From Rubripirellula sp. (GTDB lineage: Bacteria > Planctomycetota > Planctomycetia > Pirellulales > Pirellulaceae): a stretch of 64,000 nucleotides of DNA. The translations under genes were made by a program, and so were the position numbers. Numbering within the stretch: the stretch's first letter is position 1; every line of letters begins with the position of its first letter. Location of the stretch: contig OZ244207.1 in assembly GCA_965216875.1 (NCBI GenBank), forward strand, positions 1,312,001-1,376,000, written 5' to 3'. The notes below the pieces were generated by a model. The model saw only the letters and a program-made list of their open reading frames with translations. It was not told the origin of the DNA and searched no databases. This document shows, one piece after another, positions 57,401 through 64,000 of the stretch.

Positions 57401-60175
57401 GTTCTGTGAACTGCTGTATCGAATCGATTGGTTGTTGGCTGCAAGCGAAACGGTATCGACAACCACATCGCCGCCGTCACCCCCGGAAAGGAAATCCCAT
57501 TCTTTGTTGCCGGGCGATTGTTGGAAATGCGTACCGTTGTCTTGCGTACCACCAATCAGGATGTTGGACGTGCTGTCGTAAGCGACGTCGTGGAATTCGA
57601 TGACGCCCAGTGTGCCTGCTTTGCTGAACCAGTCGCCCGTGTTGTCTCGCGGACTGGTGCGAATGTAGATGCCACCGTCATCGACTTCGACCAGATTACC
57701 GTTAGCGTCGAACGTGATCTCACGCGAGTCGGCGTGTGGTGCCGTTCCGTTGGCCGTACCACCTTGCGGGTCCATGGGGACGATGTCATGGGTGAGGTGG
57801 TCCCATTGGGGTGATGGTGCAACGTTGGGGTTGCGTGCGATCGATGCGTCGCCTCGGAAGACGGCGCCACCGAAGGTACTGTCGCCAATGGGGTTGTTGG
57901 GTTGATCCTGGCGGTCACCACCGATGTAAACGATGTCGTCATTGGTCGGATCAACAGCGATCGAGAAGTGGATGCGTCCCTGAGCCCCGGTTTCGTCAAT
58001 GTCCTTGGGTCTTGGGTTGGGCCCGGTGACACGGGTCCATGTGCCGCCACCGGCGTAGTTGCCGTTGCCCGAGCTATCAACCAATTCGAAGGTGTCGTTG
58101 GAGAGCCGGGTGATTCGGAAAAAGCCATTGGCGGCTGTGTTGCCAAGCACGCCGTCGACAACAACAAAGTTCCCGGTGGAAAGTCCGTGTCCTGGTGAGG
58201 TGATGACAATCGGTGACGAGTTGCTGGCGCCAGTAACGCCGATGCCACCGGTACCCAATGGCAACACGGGAACATCCATTTGCGTCCAAGTGGGTGTCGC
58301 TGCGGTCGGATCCGAGGTGTGGAAGACACCGCGTGGTTGGCCGCTGACAAGGGTCGCTGCAAACAGGCGACCGGATTGAGGCGAGATCGCCATTTCGACA
58401 TTGTTCGATGAATCGAGCAAATCGCCGATCGCAGCAGTAAACGAATTGGCGATTTCATTCCACGTTGCGCCGAAGTCGTCGGACCGATAGATGCCGCCGG
58501 AACCACCGAAACCAGGACTGACCGCATACAGTCTTTGTCCGGTTGGATCGGTTGGGTCTTCGACTAAATCCGAAAAGTCATCGTTCGGTGAAACGAAACC
58601 TGGCCCCGAGACGGCACTGAAGTTGGCTCCGCCATCGGTGCTGCGGAAGATGCCACCGAAGTTGCCCGACGAACTCACTACGATCGTGTTGCCACGTGCG
58701 GCGATGCCCGAGATGTTTTCGCCAACGGTTCGAAGGCCATTGCTGGGCAGTTGAATCCAGTTTGCCCCACCGTCGGTCGTTCGATAGACCGGGCCACGGA
58801 TACCGCCAAAGCCTGCGAAACTACTGTATTTTCCCGTTCCTGCGACAAGTGTCTCGGAGTTCGGGTCGGTTGGATCGAACGCCATTGCACCAATTGCGAG
58901 CGACTCGAGGAAGTCGGTCTGCGGTTCCCAATCAGGCAACACGTCGGTGAAGTTATTGGTTCTCCAGATACCGCCGTTAACGCCGCCGATGTACGCGATG
59001 TCGGGATCCGATGGATGGGCAAGGACCGTATGGATTGCACCGGTCACCCGACGGTCGGGAGTCGTGTTGGCTTCAAGCTGGCCATTGATGGTCCCGTGCG
59101 GACCTTGCTCGGTCCACACACCCGGCGTGGAGATTTGGATCGCGTAATCTTCAACTTCGCCGTTGCTCGCCAGGCCCGTCACGCCAAGCGAGGTGGTTCC
59201 GTTGTGCAAACGAATTCGGGCATACGTGACACCCGGCAGTGCGTCGGCTGGGACGTTGAAATCGATCGTGTTGATTCCGTTGGCGACAGGCCCCGAGAAA
59301 ACTTGTTCCCCCGGATCATCCCAGTCACCGTCCTGGTTGAAGTCGATCCAACCGTCGCCAAATGGATTTGCGACACCGGCCGTGTTGGTCACCAAGACTT
59401 CGGCCGTTGCGACGCCACCGATGGGGACGGAAGTGATGAAGCTCACGCCATCTTCGTCGTCAACGTTAAGGGAGTCGTCGTCGAGCGCGCCCACGCTTGG
59501 ACGTCCATCCGGTTCGACGTCGATTTCCAACCCAAGCTGGAACCCAGGGAGTGGTGTGTGCCGCGCGCCGTTGTCGGCAAGCGTTGTGGGGTAGCTGTTT
59601 GCGAAACCTGATTGAGCTGCGGTGGGCGCGTCGCCAAAGTCCTCGGTGCCGGCGGCAGTTACATCAAAGACGCGCGTAAAGATGTTGTTCGCTTCGTTGC
59701 TCTCAGTGATCTGATTCAGCGTGTCGACGCGAAATTCAACCGTGTGCGTTCCAGCCGCTAGCGTCCCAACGTTGACATCACCAAAGAAAAAGCCACTACC
59801 CGGCTGCGTATCTGGGATATTCGAATTCTGAACGATGAGTATGCCGTCAAGGAAACCTTGGACTCGATAGGTCCCACCGGTGGGCATGGTGCCAGCGTTA
59901 AGCCAGCCGAAGTCGAAGTAGACGGTGTCGTCGACGGTGATCGGGTCCGACGTGAACGTTCCGGGGCGTGATGCAATCACAATCGGGCTGTCCCAGCCGC
60001 CGAATGCAAACGGTGTCAAGTCAGAGGCAAGCAAGACGCGCTGTTCAAACAACTCCGTCTGCAAGCGTCGGCGGGAACTGCGACGTTGGGCGTTGCGGCT
60101 TCTCGCCGAACGGTCTTGAAGACGACGTTTCGAAAGGTCGGTCAATTCACGGAGTTTCTTCGAAACGATGGACAT
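48416..60175 (-). CDS. giant exported adhesin-like protein (CARDB, GEVED, BNR/Vps10-like propeller, lamin-tail, choice-of-anchor D, many Calx-beta-like repeats, EF-hand/dockerin-like end)
   Basis: ELFEQRVLLA leader; ESNEANN; GEVEDY; RSTDGG/RSDDFG BNR motifs; LNEV/FNEV lamin-tail starts; DADENPYDF; repeated 'VEPDETV.LT...A.GTI.NDD'; GDQDGDEDVDLFDF. Confidence 0.9.
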   Translation of the reverse strand: MSIVSKKLRELTDLSKRRLQDRSARSRNAQRRSSRRRLQTELFEQRVLLASDLTPFAFGGWDSPIVIASRPGTFTSDPITVDDTVYFDFGWLNAGTMPTGGTYRVQGFLDGILIVQNSNIPDTQPGSGFFFGDVNVGTLAAGTHTVEFRVDTLNQITESNEANNIFTRVFDVTAAGTEDFGDAPTAAQSGFANSYPTTLADNGARHTPLPGFQLGLEIDVEPDGRPSVGALDDDSLNVDDEDGVSFITSVPIGGVATAEVLVTNTAGVANPFGDGWIDFNQDGDWDDPGEQVFSGPVANGINTIDFNVPADALPGVTYARIRLHNGTTSLGVTGLASNGEVEDYAIQISTPGVWTEQGPHGTINGQLEANTTPDRRVTGAIHTVLAHPSDPDIAYIGGVNGGIWRTNNFTDVLPDWEPQTDFLESLAIGAMAFDPTDPNSETLVAGTGKYSSFAGFGGIRGPVYRTTDGGANWIQLPSNGLRTVGENISGIAARGNTIVVSSSGNFGGIFRSTDGGANFSAVSGPGFVSPNDDFSDLVEDPTDPTGQRLYAVSPGFGGSGGIYRSDDFGATWNEIANSFTAAIGDLLDSSNNVEMAISPQSGRLFAATLVSGQPRGVFHTSDPTAATPTWTQMDVPVLPLGTGGIGVTGASNSSPIVITSPGHGLSTGNFVVVDGVLGNTAANGFFRITRLSNDTFELVDSSGNGNYAGGGTWTRVTGPNPRPKDIDETGAQGRIHFSIAVDPTNDDIVYIGGDRQDQPNNPIGDSTFGGAVFRGDASIARNPNVAPSPQWDHLTHDIVPMDPQGGTANGTAPHADSREITFDANGNLVEVDDGGIYIRTSPRDNTGDWFSKAGTLGVIEFHDVAYDSTSNILIGGTQDNGTHFQQSPGNKEWDFLSGGDGGDVVVDTVSLAANNQSIRYSSSQNLGGFRRTTWDANNNLINTDFPSRTVTSGSAFDPAFKTPVELNAVDPNRLLILGDNGIYESFNQGDTMGQVASSFLGFLQDGVAYGGFQSGTPNADVFYAAQRDDIAIRTTGGGPVTFSDPDSSSSSDIRDVIMNSDDWANAFAIDNNSVFQTTDAGGIWTDITGNLMSIAGAALQSITFIPGTVGAIAVGANQGTFISKLDNLGQWAEVGNNLPNVLVYDLIYNATDDVLVAGTLGRGAWTFGDASTILAGSGVTAPPEVYLNEVVVDLDGAPDNPNEYVELRGEANQSLDDVFVVFLEGDSGSNLGTINTNHVVDLSGTSLGSNGFLAIVDDDGATSHPYTIDPAATVLSVPGLDVENASYTAVIVHVDTAAGGVAPVGGQDLDADDNGLDALPTGWTILDSVGVLDGGATDRAYSTIAFSGDADGIVEAGGVVIDTGFGADNINHVMRVGDTTGSDPADWVAFQTAPLSPLTDFEIVSATNPAYLPGEVITNHLGQTNPTFAGVPTPEINVQGGGLDIVDGDTTPSTLDDTDFGDVLTAGASDVHTFTIENLGTGPLDVTGITVTGTNAADFVVGGFTPGNIAIGSTATFTVTFDPSGNGVRNATINIASDDADENPYDFAVTGNGTVLAIPEINVQGGTPATDIVDGDVTPSLADGTDFGSRLTAGGSVANVFTIQNLGTAPLNVTAANVTGANAGDFVVSGFSSAPIAVGASATFTVTFDPSADGVRNATIELVNDDADENPYNFDVTGVGLAQSVLGSLVFNEVLPDPNSGSLNFDTDGDGTAETDDEFLELYNTTGAPLDISGLQFWDEDSDNYFTVPASTTLGANGFVVVVANIDGTGVLPSVPSGSHAFSAGGNLSLSNGGDNLVVYDPAADQYIQAIYNGNATDTPEAPPAGDYVGFSSTATRLGAVLDFGNDTDGTSRALSPDGDIANIVDHNTIGGGGILATPGDSNTAPVGTQLAIAPTNAVQEEGAGGLGQTDFTFTVTRTGDTVGSTSVDFAVTGSGANPANASDFVGSVLPTGTVNFADGETSQVITVSVSDDPIVEFDETFTVTLSNASAPATISTAAADGTIENDDQSTVIVQVVSSLATEDDPGNLEFEFSRDNFSLESPELTFNFSLAGTANPANDYSAPSPATLTFGAGQRTVILSVDPTADALVEPDETVIASAAPGTGYNIDPTDSATGTIVNDDRSTVNISVDPTSIIEDADGVMVYTVTRDSVGPETPSLAVDLLITGSATLGTDYSSTATGSVTFAAGENSATIEIDPTVDTLIEPDETVIITLDPGTEFLPGPNQSATGTIIDDDSLIEVTVDVAPTSVTEDGTDNLVYTFTRNGDLTGPLAVDFTTTGTASAGDFTQTVTGTVNFAPGSATAIVTVDPTADANVEPDETVILTVVAGSGYVVGGTAVATGTITNDDTSTVTVSTFGSGAVLENSGTDITYVFSRTDVTSETPALTVSYTTGGTATAGTDYTIDISGTVTFDVGANTATVTVSPNDDAIVEPNETVILTISDGSNYDVGSPNSATGTILNDDSSTVEITVDATSIDEDAAGVLTYTLTRTNVSAETPALVANISNSGTASDGSDYTTSPSGSVVFAQGADTATVTVNPTADALVEPDESVTISLIAGGGYSIGTNGSATATIVNDDVSEVSVSVDPASIAEDAAGLLTYTFTRSNVGAQTPTLTATFTTDGTATAGTDYAASATGSVTFAAGESTAVVTVDPTPDATVEPDETVEFTVTAGAGYNVGSPDSAVGTILNDDDVSLVSVAVDPIAVDEDGTEDLVFTFTRTGDIGIPLSVNFGTGGTASAGDYVNTAGTIVSFAPGSSTAQVSIDPTADTDVEPDETVVLTVLAGAGYNIGAPSSATGTILNDDESSVNVTVDPSSILEDASGALTYTFTRSDTTAETPPLTINFATAGSATAAVDYSASDSGTLTFATGESTATVTIDPTPDAIVEADESVILSVLSGTGYSVGGPNSATGLITNDDVSDVTVTVDPTSVLEDGSDVLTYTFTRSNTSGESPGLTINVDTTGTATAGTDYSGNAATLSFAAGQSTATITIDPTADTEVEPDETVILTVAAGAGYDVGGVDSATGTITNDDISDVSVAVDPDSILEDAAGVLTYTFTRSNAGAQSPQLTINFDTTGTATSGTDYTASDAGTVTFAVGQSTTVVTVDPTVDSEVEPDESVTLTVAAGAGYNIGSADAATGTILNDDISDVTVAVDPDSILEDAAGVLTYTFTRSNAGAQSPQLTINFDTTGTATSGTDYTASDAGTVTFAAGQSTTVVTVDPTVDAEVEPDESVTLTVAAGAGYNIGSADAATGTILNDDISDISVAVDPDSILEDAAGVLTYTFTRSNAGAQSPQLTINFDTTGTATSGTDYTPSDAGTVTFAAGQSTTVVTVDPTVDAEVEPDESVTLTVAAGAGYNIGSADAATGTILNDDISDVSVAVNPDSILEDAAGVLTYTFTRSNAGAQSPPLTINFDTTGTATSGTDYTASDAGTITFAAGQSTTVVTVDPTVDSTVELNETVTLSVASGAGYNVSATDSATGTITNDDASTISIGNVVDEEGDTASKPFVFPVTLTNPIDVDISMFFLSSAGSATSSDSDYTQTSGTLNITAGDTSGTITVDVNGDEKVELDENFFVTIGNLTNLGRAASIVDPTGEGTIVNDDSATISIDDVVLEEGDLGDTLFTFTVTLDAEVDVAISVDADTADGTATTANNDYVVNAATLNFAGNAGETQTFTVTINGDTDVEPDEDFFADLSNLNALGRDVAFADSQGVGTIVNDDAAPTPIVESIVYFNHDPTTESNHSPGNTGQRSIIRQIEVVFSGPINIPTGPVTDGSFLVESTSVSPGTQVGLTVLSSQVVGGKQVVVLGFTGTVLIEDLSENQPGILPMLEDGRYRLLIDGAKLGTDANGPAPGVNAVDDFFRFFGDQDGDEDVDLFDFARFRDYFTNGNGDYLFDFDDNPNTPLLDFAQFRGRFFTILP
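49720..51090 (-). repeat. four near-identical 342-bp intragenic tandem repeats (114-aa Calx-beta-like units)
   Basis: GTAGGTGAGCACACCGGCAGCATCTTC recurs at 49991, 50333, 50675 and 51017. Confidence 0.9.
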
Positions 60176-60760
60176 GAGTGCGACTCGCCAGTAATGAAGC
60201 AATGCAAATGAAACAGGTGCAACCTTCGGAAAACGCTTGCGTCTTTCATCAACAAGACGTTCCGCTGCTTGTCACGGCGACAACGCAGATTCACCAAAGG
60301 GCGCAGAATGGTCGTTCGACATGATCGTGAAATCGAAACCCGCTTGCCACTAACCTGGCGGCGATTTCCCAAAAATTTCGCAATTGGACGGAACCAATGG
60401 GGGCGAGGTTGCAGCATGGCCATTCGTATAGGAAACGATCGTTCACCAAGCCGAGGTTGTCGCACAGACATGCCAGCAGCGCCGCTTAATCGACGTCAGG
60501 CCGCGCAACCGAGGGCATGTTTTTTCTTGCGCCATGACACCAATTCTTTCCCGTGTTGAATCGATGTCGTGTGAATGAGCGACGATCATGTGCGGTGGTC
60601 GCACGGCGTTTGAGATTCCTTCGCCGTGGCTGAGGTTTTCAACATTTCGTGGCGTGCTCGCGTTAGACTAGATGCCCTCTTCACGTAGCAGCCACCATTT
60701 CTTCATCTAATCACAACACGAAGGGCGAGCCTCGCGGCCGCGCGAAGCTCGTGTTTAGCG

Positions 60761-63700
60761 ATGCCTTTTTTGAAACTGTTTTCTGGCGGACTGCCGGAAG
60801 CATCGGAGTGTGTCAAAAAGCGGCGGCGCTTGAGCATGCAACTGCTCGAGCCGCGACGCGTTCTTGCAGGGCATCCAATCATCACCGAGTTTATGGCGGA
60901 CAATCAATCGACATTGATTGACGGCTTCGGTGAAGACCCCGATTGGATCGAAATCCACAACCCAACGGATCAGCCAATCGACTTGTTGGGATACCACTTG
61001 ACCGATCAACCATCGAGTCCGTCGAAGTGGGAGTTCACCGCATCGACCGTCCTACAACCGCTGGACTATTTGGTTGTCTTCGCTTCGTCGCGCAACACCA
61101 CTGACCCGCAAGGGAACTGGCATACCGACTTTACGCTCGATGCGGATGGCGATTACATCGCGTTGACCGCACCGGACCTAAGTGTGGTGAGTGAGTTCGA
61201 TGCTCTTGGAACTGATTATTCGCCGCAAGTCACGGATGTCTCCTACGGATTGCCCGGATCGGTGTTGGTCAACGGTCAATCCGCGGCACATTACCTCGTT
61301 CCCTCCAGCGATGCTCTTGGCGAAAGTTGGACGAGCATTGCCTTTGATGCCGATGCCGCTGGGTTTTCGCTGGGACGCGCGGCGATTGGATACGAAAACA
61401 GTGGTGGAAGCTCGACCAGCTATTTGGACGTTTTTGAAACCGAGGTACCCAGCGGTACGACCAACACCTACGTGAGAATGCCGTTTGACATTCCAGACGC
61501 GTCGCAAGTGTCGGACTTGCAGCTGCACCTGAAGTTCGATGATGGCGTGGTGGTTTACCTGAATGGTTCGCGACTGTTTGGTGTGAATGATCCGACGCCG
61601 CTTTCTTACAACACTCCCGCAACACAGAACCATCCCGACGGAACCGCGCTCGCTGGGATCGACTATGACCTGACCACGCATGTCGGATTGCTGCAGAGCG
61701 GCGAGAACGTCTTGGCGATTCACGCGCTCAATCGCCCAAACAGTAGCGATTTCCTGATGGTTCCGACGCTGTCATCAAACTCCGTGCATTCAGAAGCTGG
61801 CTATTTGTTGACGCCGACACCGGGCAGCATCAATGGTGTCGCACGTGAACTTGGACCGATGGTGACGGATGTGGATCACCAACCGGGCGTGGCGATTGCG
61901 GGGCAGACAATCCTGGTCACAGCGGAGATCGAATCCTTTGCGGCACCCGTGGATCCGACGACCGTGCGTTTGCATTACCGGATCATGTATGGCGCCGAGT
62001 CGACGCTGACGATGTTTGATGATGGTGTTGGCGGCGATGCGGTTGCTGGCGACGGCACGTTTTCGGCGTTGATCCCGGGGGCGTCGCTGCAAGCCGGTGA
62101 ATTGGTCCGCTGGTACGTCACCGTGTCAGACACCCAAGGCATTGAGACGCGAGCACCGCGTTTCCTCGATCCGCTCGACTCAGCCGAGTACTTTGGCACC
62201 GTGGTCGCTGATCCTGCGATCACGACCGACTTGCCTTTGATTCAATGGTTCATTGCCAACCCCGAAGCGGCCAAGACGACCGCGGGCAGCTCAGCGAGTC
62301 TCTTTATCGACGGCGAGCTTTATGACAACATTCACGTCGACAATCACGGTCAATCAACGCGCGGGTCGGCGTTTCCGAAAAAGTCCTACGACTTTGATGC
62401 CAATTCTGGCCAGAAGTTCAAATTGCGCTCCGATCTCGCTCGGGTCAGCGACTTCAACTTGTTGACCAACTATGCCGACCAAACCAAGCTCCGCAACACC
62501 CTGACCTACGATTTGTTTGCACAGGGCGACTACGCGCACCATTTTGCCTTTCCGGTGATGATCTACCAAAACGGATCATTCAACGGGCTGTACGACATCG
62601 TTGAAGAGGGCGATACCGAGTATCTCGATCGACTAGGTGTCGACGACGAAAACGCACTCTACAAAGTCAACAATCGACTCGACCACGTCTTCAACAACGT
62701 CGAAAAGAAATCTCGCAAGTTTGAGGACCGGACCGATTTCGCGGCCGTCGTCGATGCTGCCCAAAACTTAACCGACGGCGCGGCGCTTGATTGGGACTAT
62801 GACAACCTCGACATCGCCGACATGGTCAATATCCAGGCGATTCATAGCGTTGTGGCGAGCAATGACTTTGGCCACAAGAACATGTACTGGTACCGCGACT
62901 CAACGGGGACCGCTTTGTGGTCGGTCTATCCTTGGGACCAAGACTTGTCGCTCGGGCACCAGTGGGACCGCAACGTCTCGCCACCCTACTTTAAAGACGA
63001 CCTGGTGACCCAGGCGAATATCTATCGCGGCGGCAATCCGATCTTTCAGCGTCTTTTTGCTGATGCAACCTTTGTGGAGATGTTTCATCGCCGAGTACGG
63101 ACGCTTACCGACGAGTTTTACGGCGCTCCGGGAACGTCGACCAGTGAGAGTTACCTTGCGCAAAAGATCGTTTCGCTCGAGGCTTCGATTGCGGATGAAG
63201 CGATTCAGAACACAGCGGTGTGGGGGATTCACCCGAACTTTAGTCACACGCCCGCCCAAGCAGCACAGCAGTTGCTGGATGAGTTCATCCCCCAGCGCCG
63301 CGCCTATTTGAACAACCACAACAACGTTCCTGGTTCTCAGATTGCGGCGCCGAATGTCTTCTTCGATCACGTCGACTACGATGCCGAGCCCATTTCAGGA
63401 TTGCAGGCCGAAGAGTACGTGCGTCTAAACAACCCCAACGGGTTCGCGGTCGATATCTCGGGGTGGCGCATCGACGGCGGCATCGACCATACCTTCAAAG
63501 GTGGAACGGTCATTCCCGCCGGCGGCACGCTTTATGTCGTCAAGGATGTGGCTGCGTTTCAAAACCGAGCAACGGGGCCCGGGGCCGGGCAACGCCTCTT
63601 GATCCAGGGCAACTACAAGGGCCAACTTGGCTACACCGGCGAAGTGGTCAACTTGATTGATCCTGGCGGACGGATTGCCGACACCCTGTTCACACCAAGT

Positions 63701-64000
63701 GGGACGCCAACGCCGAACCAACAGTACCTTCGGGTTTCCGAGGTGCAGTACAACCCAAGTGCCACCGACGCCGAATTCATCGAATTGATGAACGTCAGCA
63801 GTGGTGCCAATGCCACGACACTTGATCTGTCGGGCGTTTCAATCACCGACGGTCCGAGTGTGCCGTTCGTTTTTCCGGCCCAGACGTTCATGCCCTCGGG
63901 TGAGCGATGGGTGATCGTCCAAGACACTGCAGCATTTCGTTTGGCTCATCCCGATGTGCCGCTTGCCCGAATTGCGGGCCAGTATGTCGGCAAGCTTTCC
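60761..64000 (+). CDS. exported lamin-tail-domain / CotH kinase family protein (runs off the window)
   Basis: Not in the ORF track; the start was translated by hand from ATG 60761 and later motifs were spot-read. QLLEPRRVLA leader; IITEFMADN..DWIEIHNP lamin-tail; FPKKSYDF, GLYDIVEE, HKNMYWY and YPWDQDLSLG CotH motifs; further lamin-tail domains. Confidence 0.88.
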   Translation, partial: MPFLKLFSGGLPEASECVKKRRRLSMQLLEPRRVLAGHPIITEFMADNQSTLIDGFGEDPDWIEIHNPTDQPIDLLGYHLTDQPSSPSKWEFTASTVLQPLDYLVVFASSRNTTDPQGNWHTDFTLDADGDYIALTAPDLSVVSEFDALGTDYSPQVTDVSYGLPGSVLVNGQSAAHYLVPSSDALGESWTSIAFDADAAGFSLGRAAIGYENSGGSSTSYLDVFETEVPSGTTNTYVRMPFDIPDASQVSDLQLHLKFDDGVVVYLNGSRLFGVNDPTPLSYNTPATQNHPDGTALAGIDYDLTTHVGLLQSGENVLAIHALNRPNSSDFLMVPTLSSNSVHSEAGYLLTPTPGSINGVARELGPMVTDVDHQPGVAIAGQTILVTAEIESFAAPVDPTTVRLHYRIMYGAESTLTMFDDGVGGDAVAGDGTFSALIPGASLQAGELVRWYVTVSDTQGIETRAPRFLDPLDSAEYFGTVVADPAITTDLPLIQWFIANPEAAKTTAGSSASLFIDGELYDNIHVDNHGQSTRGSAFPKKSYDFDANSGQKFKLRSDLARVSDFNLLTNYADQTKLRNTLTYDLFAQGDYAHHFAFPVMIYQNGSFNGLYDIVEEGDTEYLDRLGVDDENALYKVNNRLDHVFNNVEKKSRKFEDRTDFAAVVDAAQNLTDGAALDWDYDNLDIADMVNIQAIHSVVASNDFGHKNMYWYRDSTGTALWSVYPWDQDLSLGHQWDRNVSPPYFKDDLVTQANIYRGGNPIFQRLFADATFVEMFHRRVRTLTDEFYGAPGTSTSESYLAQKIVSLEASIADEAIQNTAVWGIHPNFSHTPAQAAQQLLDEFIPQRRAYLNNHNNVPGSQIAAPNVFFDHVDYDAEPISGLQAEEYVRLNNPNGFAVDISGWRIDGGIDHTFKGGTVIPAGGTLYVVKDVAAFQNRATGPGAGQRLLIQGNYKGQLGYTGEVVNLIDPGGRIADTLFTPSGTPTPNQQYLRVSEVQYNPSATDAEFIELMNVSSGANATTLDLSGVSITDGPSVPFVFPAQTFMPSGERWVIVQDTAAFRLAHPDVPLARIAGQYVGKLS

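Noticed and set aside
1..64000. Prophage, integrase or IS transposase
   Set aside because: No such ORF was recognised anywhere; only non-autonomous palindromic repeats are present.

Overview
A 64-kb, GC-rich, gene-dense bacterial window, most likely from a planctomycete (Pirellulaceae-like). That call rests on a DUF1559 prepilin gene, 'E.LE.R.LLA' export leaders, PEP-CTERM and CotH/lamin-tail giant proteins, and planctomycete-type palindromic repeats. Most of the window is ordinary or accessory: Skp/OmpH, an M28 peptidase, an adenylate cyclase, an SdrD-repeat protein, a DapA-family enzyme, HlyD, patatin, AlkD, a PAS chemoreceptor, rimO, a Ser/Thr kinase, an ECF sigma with a vWA anti-sigma candidate, and a ~3,900-aa Calx-beta adhesin. 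The standout is a minus-strand cluster at ~20.3-26.2 kb. In order it encodes a 75-aa ubiquitin-like protein ending in Gly; three tandem 140-165-nt structured RNAs that look like circularly permuted tRNA mimics on a conserved, covarying terminal stem (Y RNA/YrlA-like); a divergent Ro60/TROVE-like vWA protein; a GATase-like-fold protein; a protein with an E2-like GICL cysteine motif; and a ThiF/E1 enzyme. Two of the RNAs rebuild a complete cloverleaf, including a canonical 7-nt anticodon loop (CUG, GUU) on a split anticodon stem. This suggests a Ro60/Y-RNA ribonucleoprotein coupled to a ubiquitin-like conjugation cascade. All assignments were made by eye from motifs; no database searches were run.
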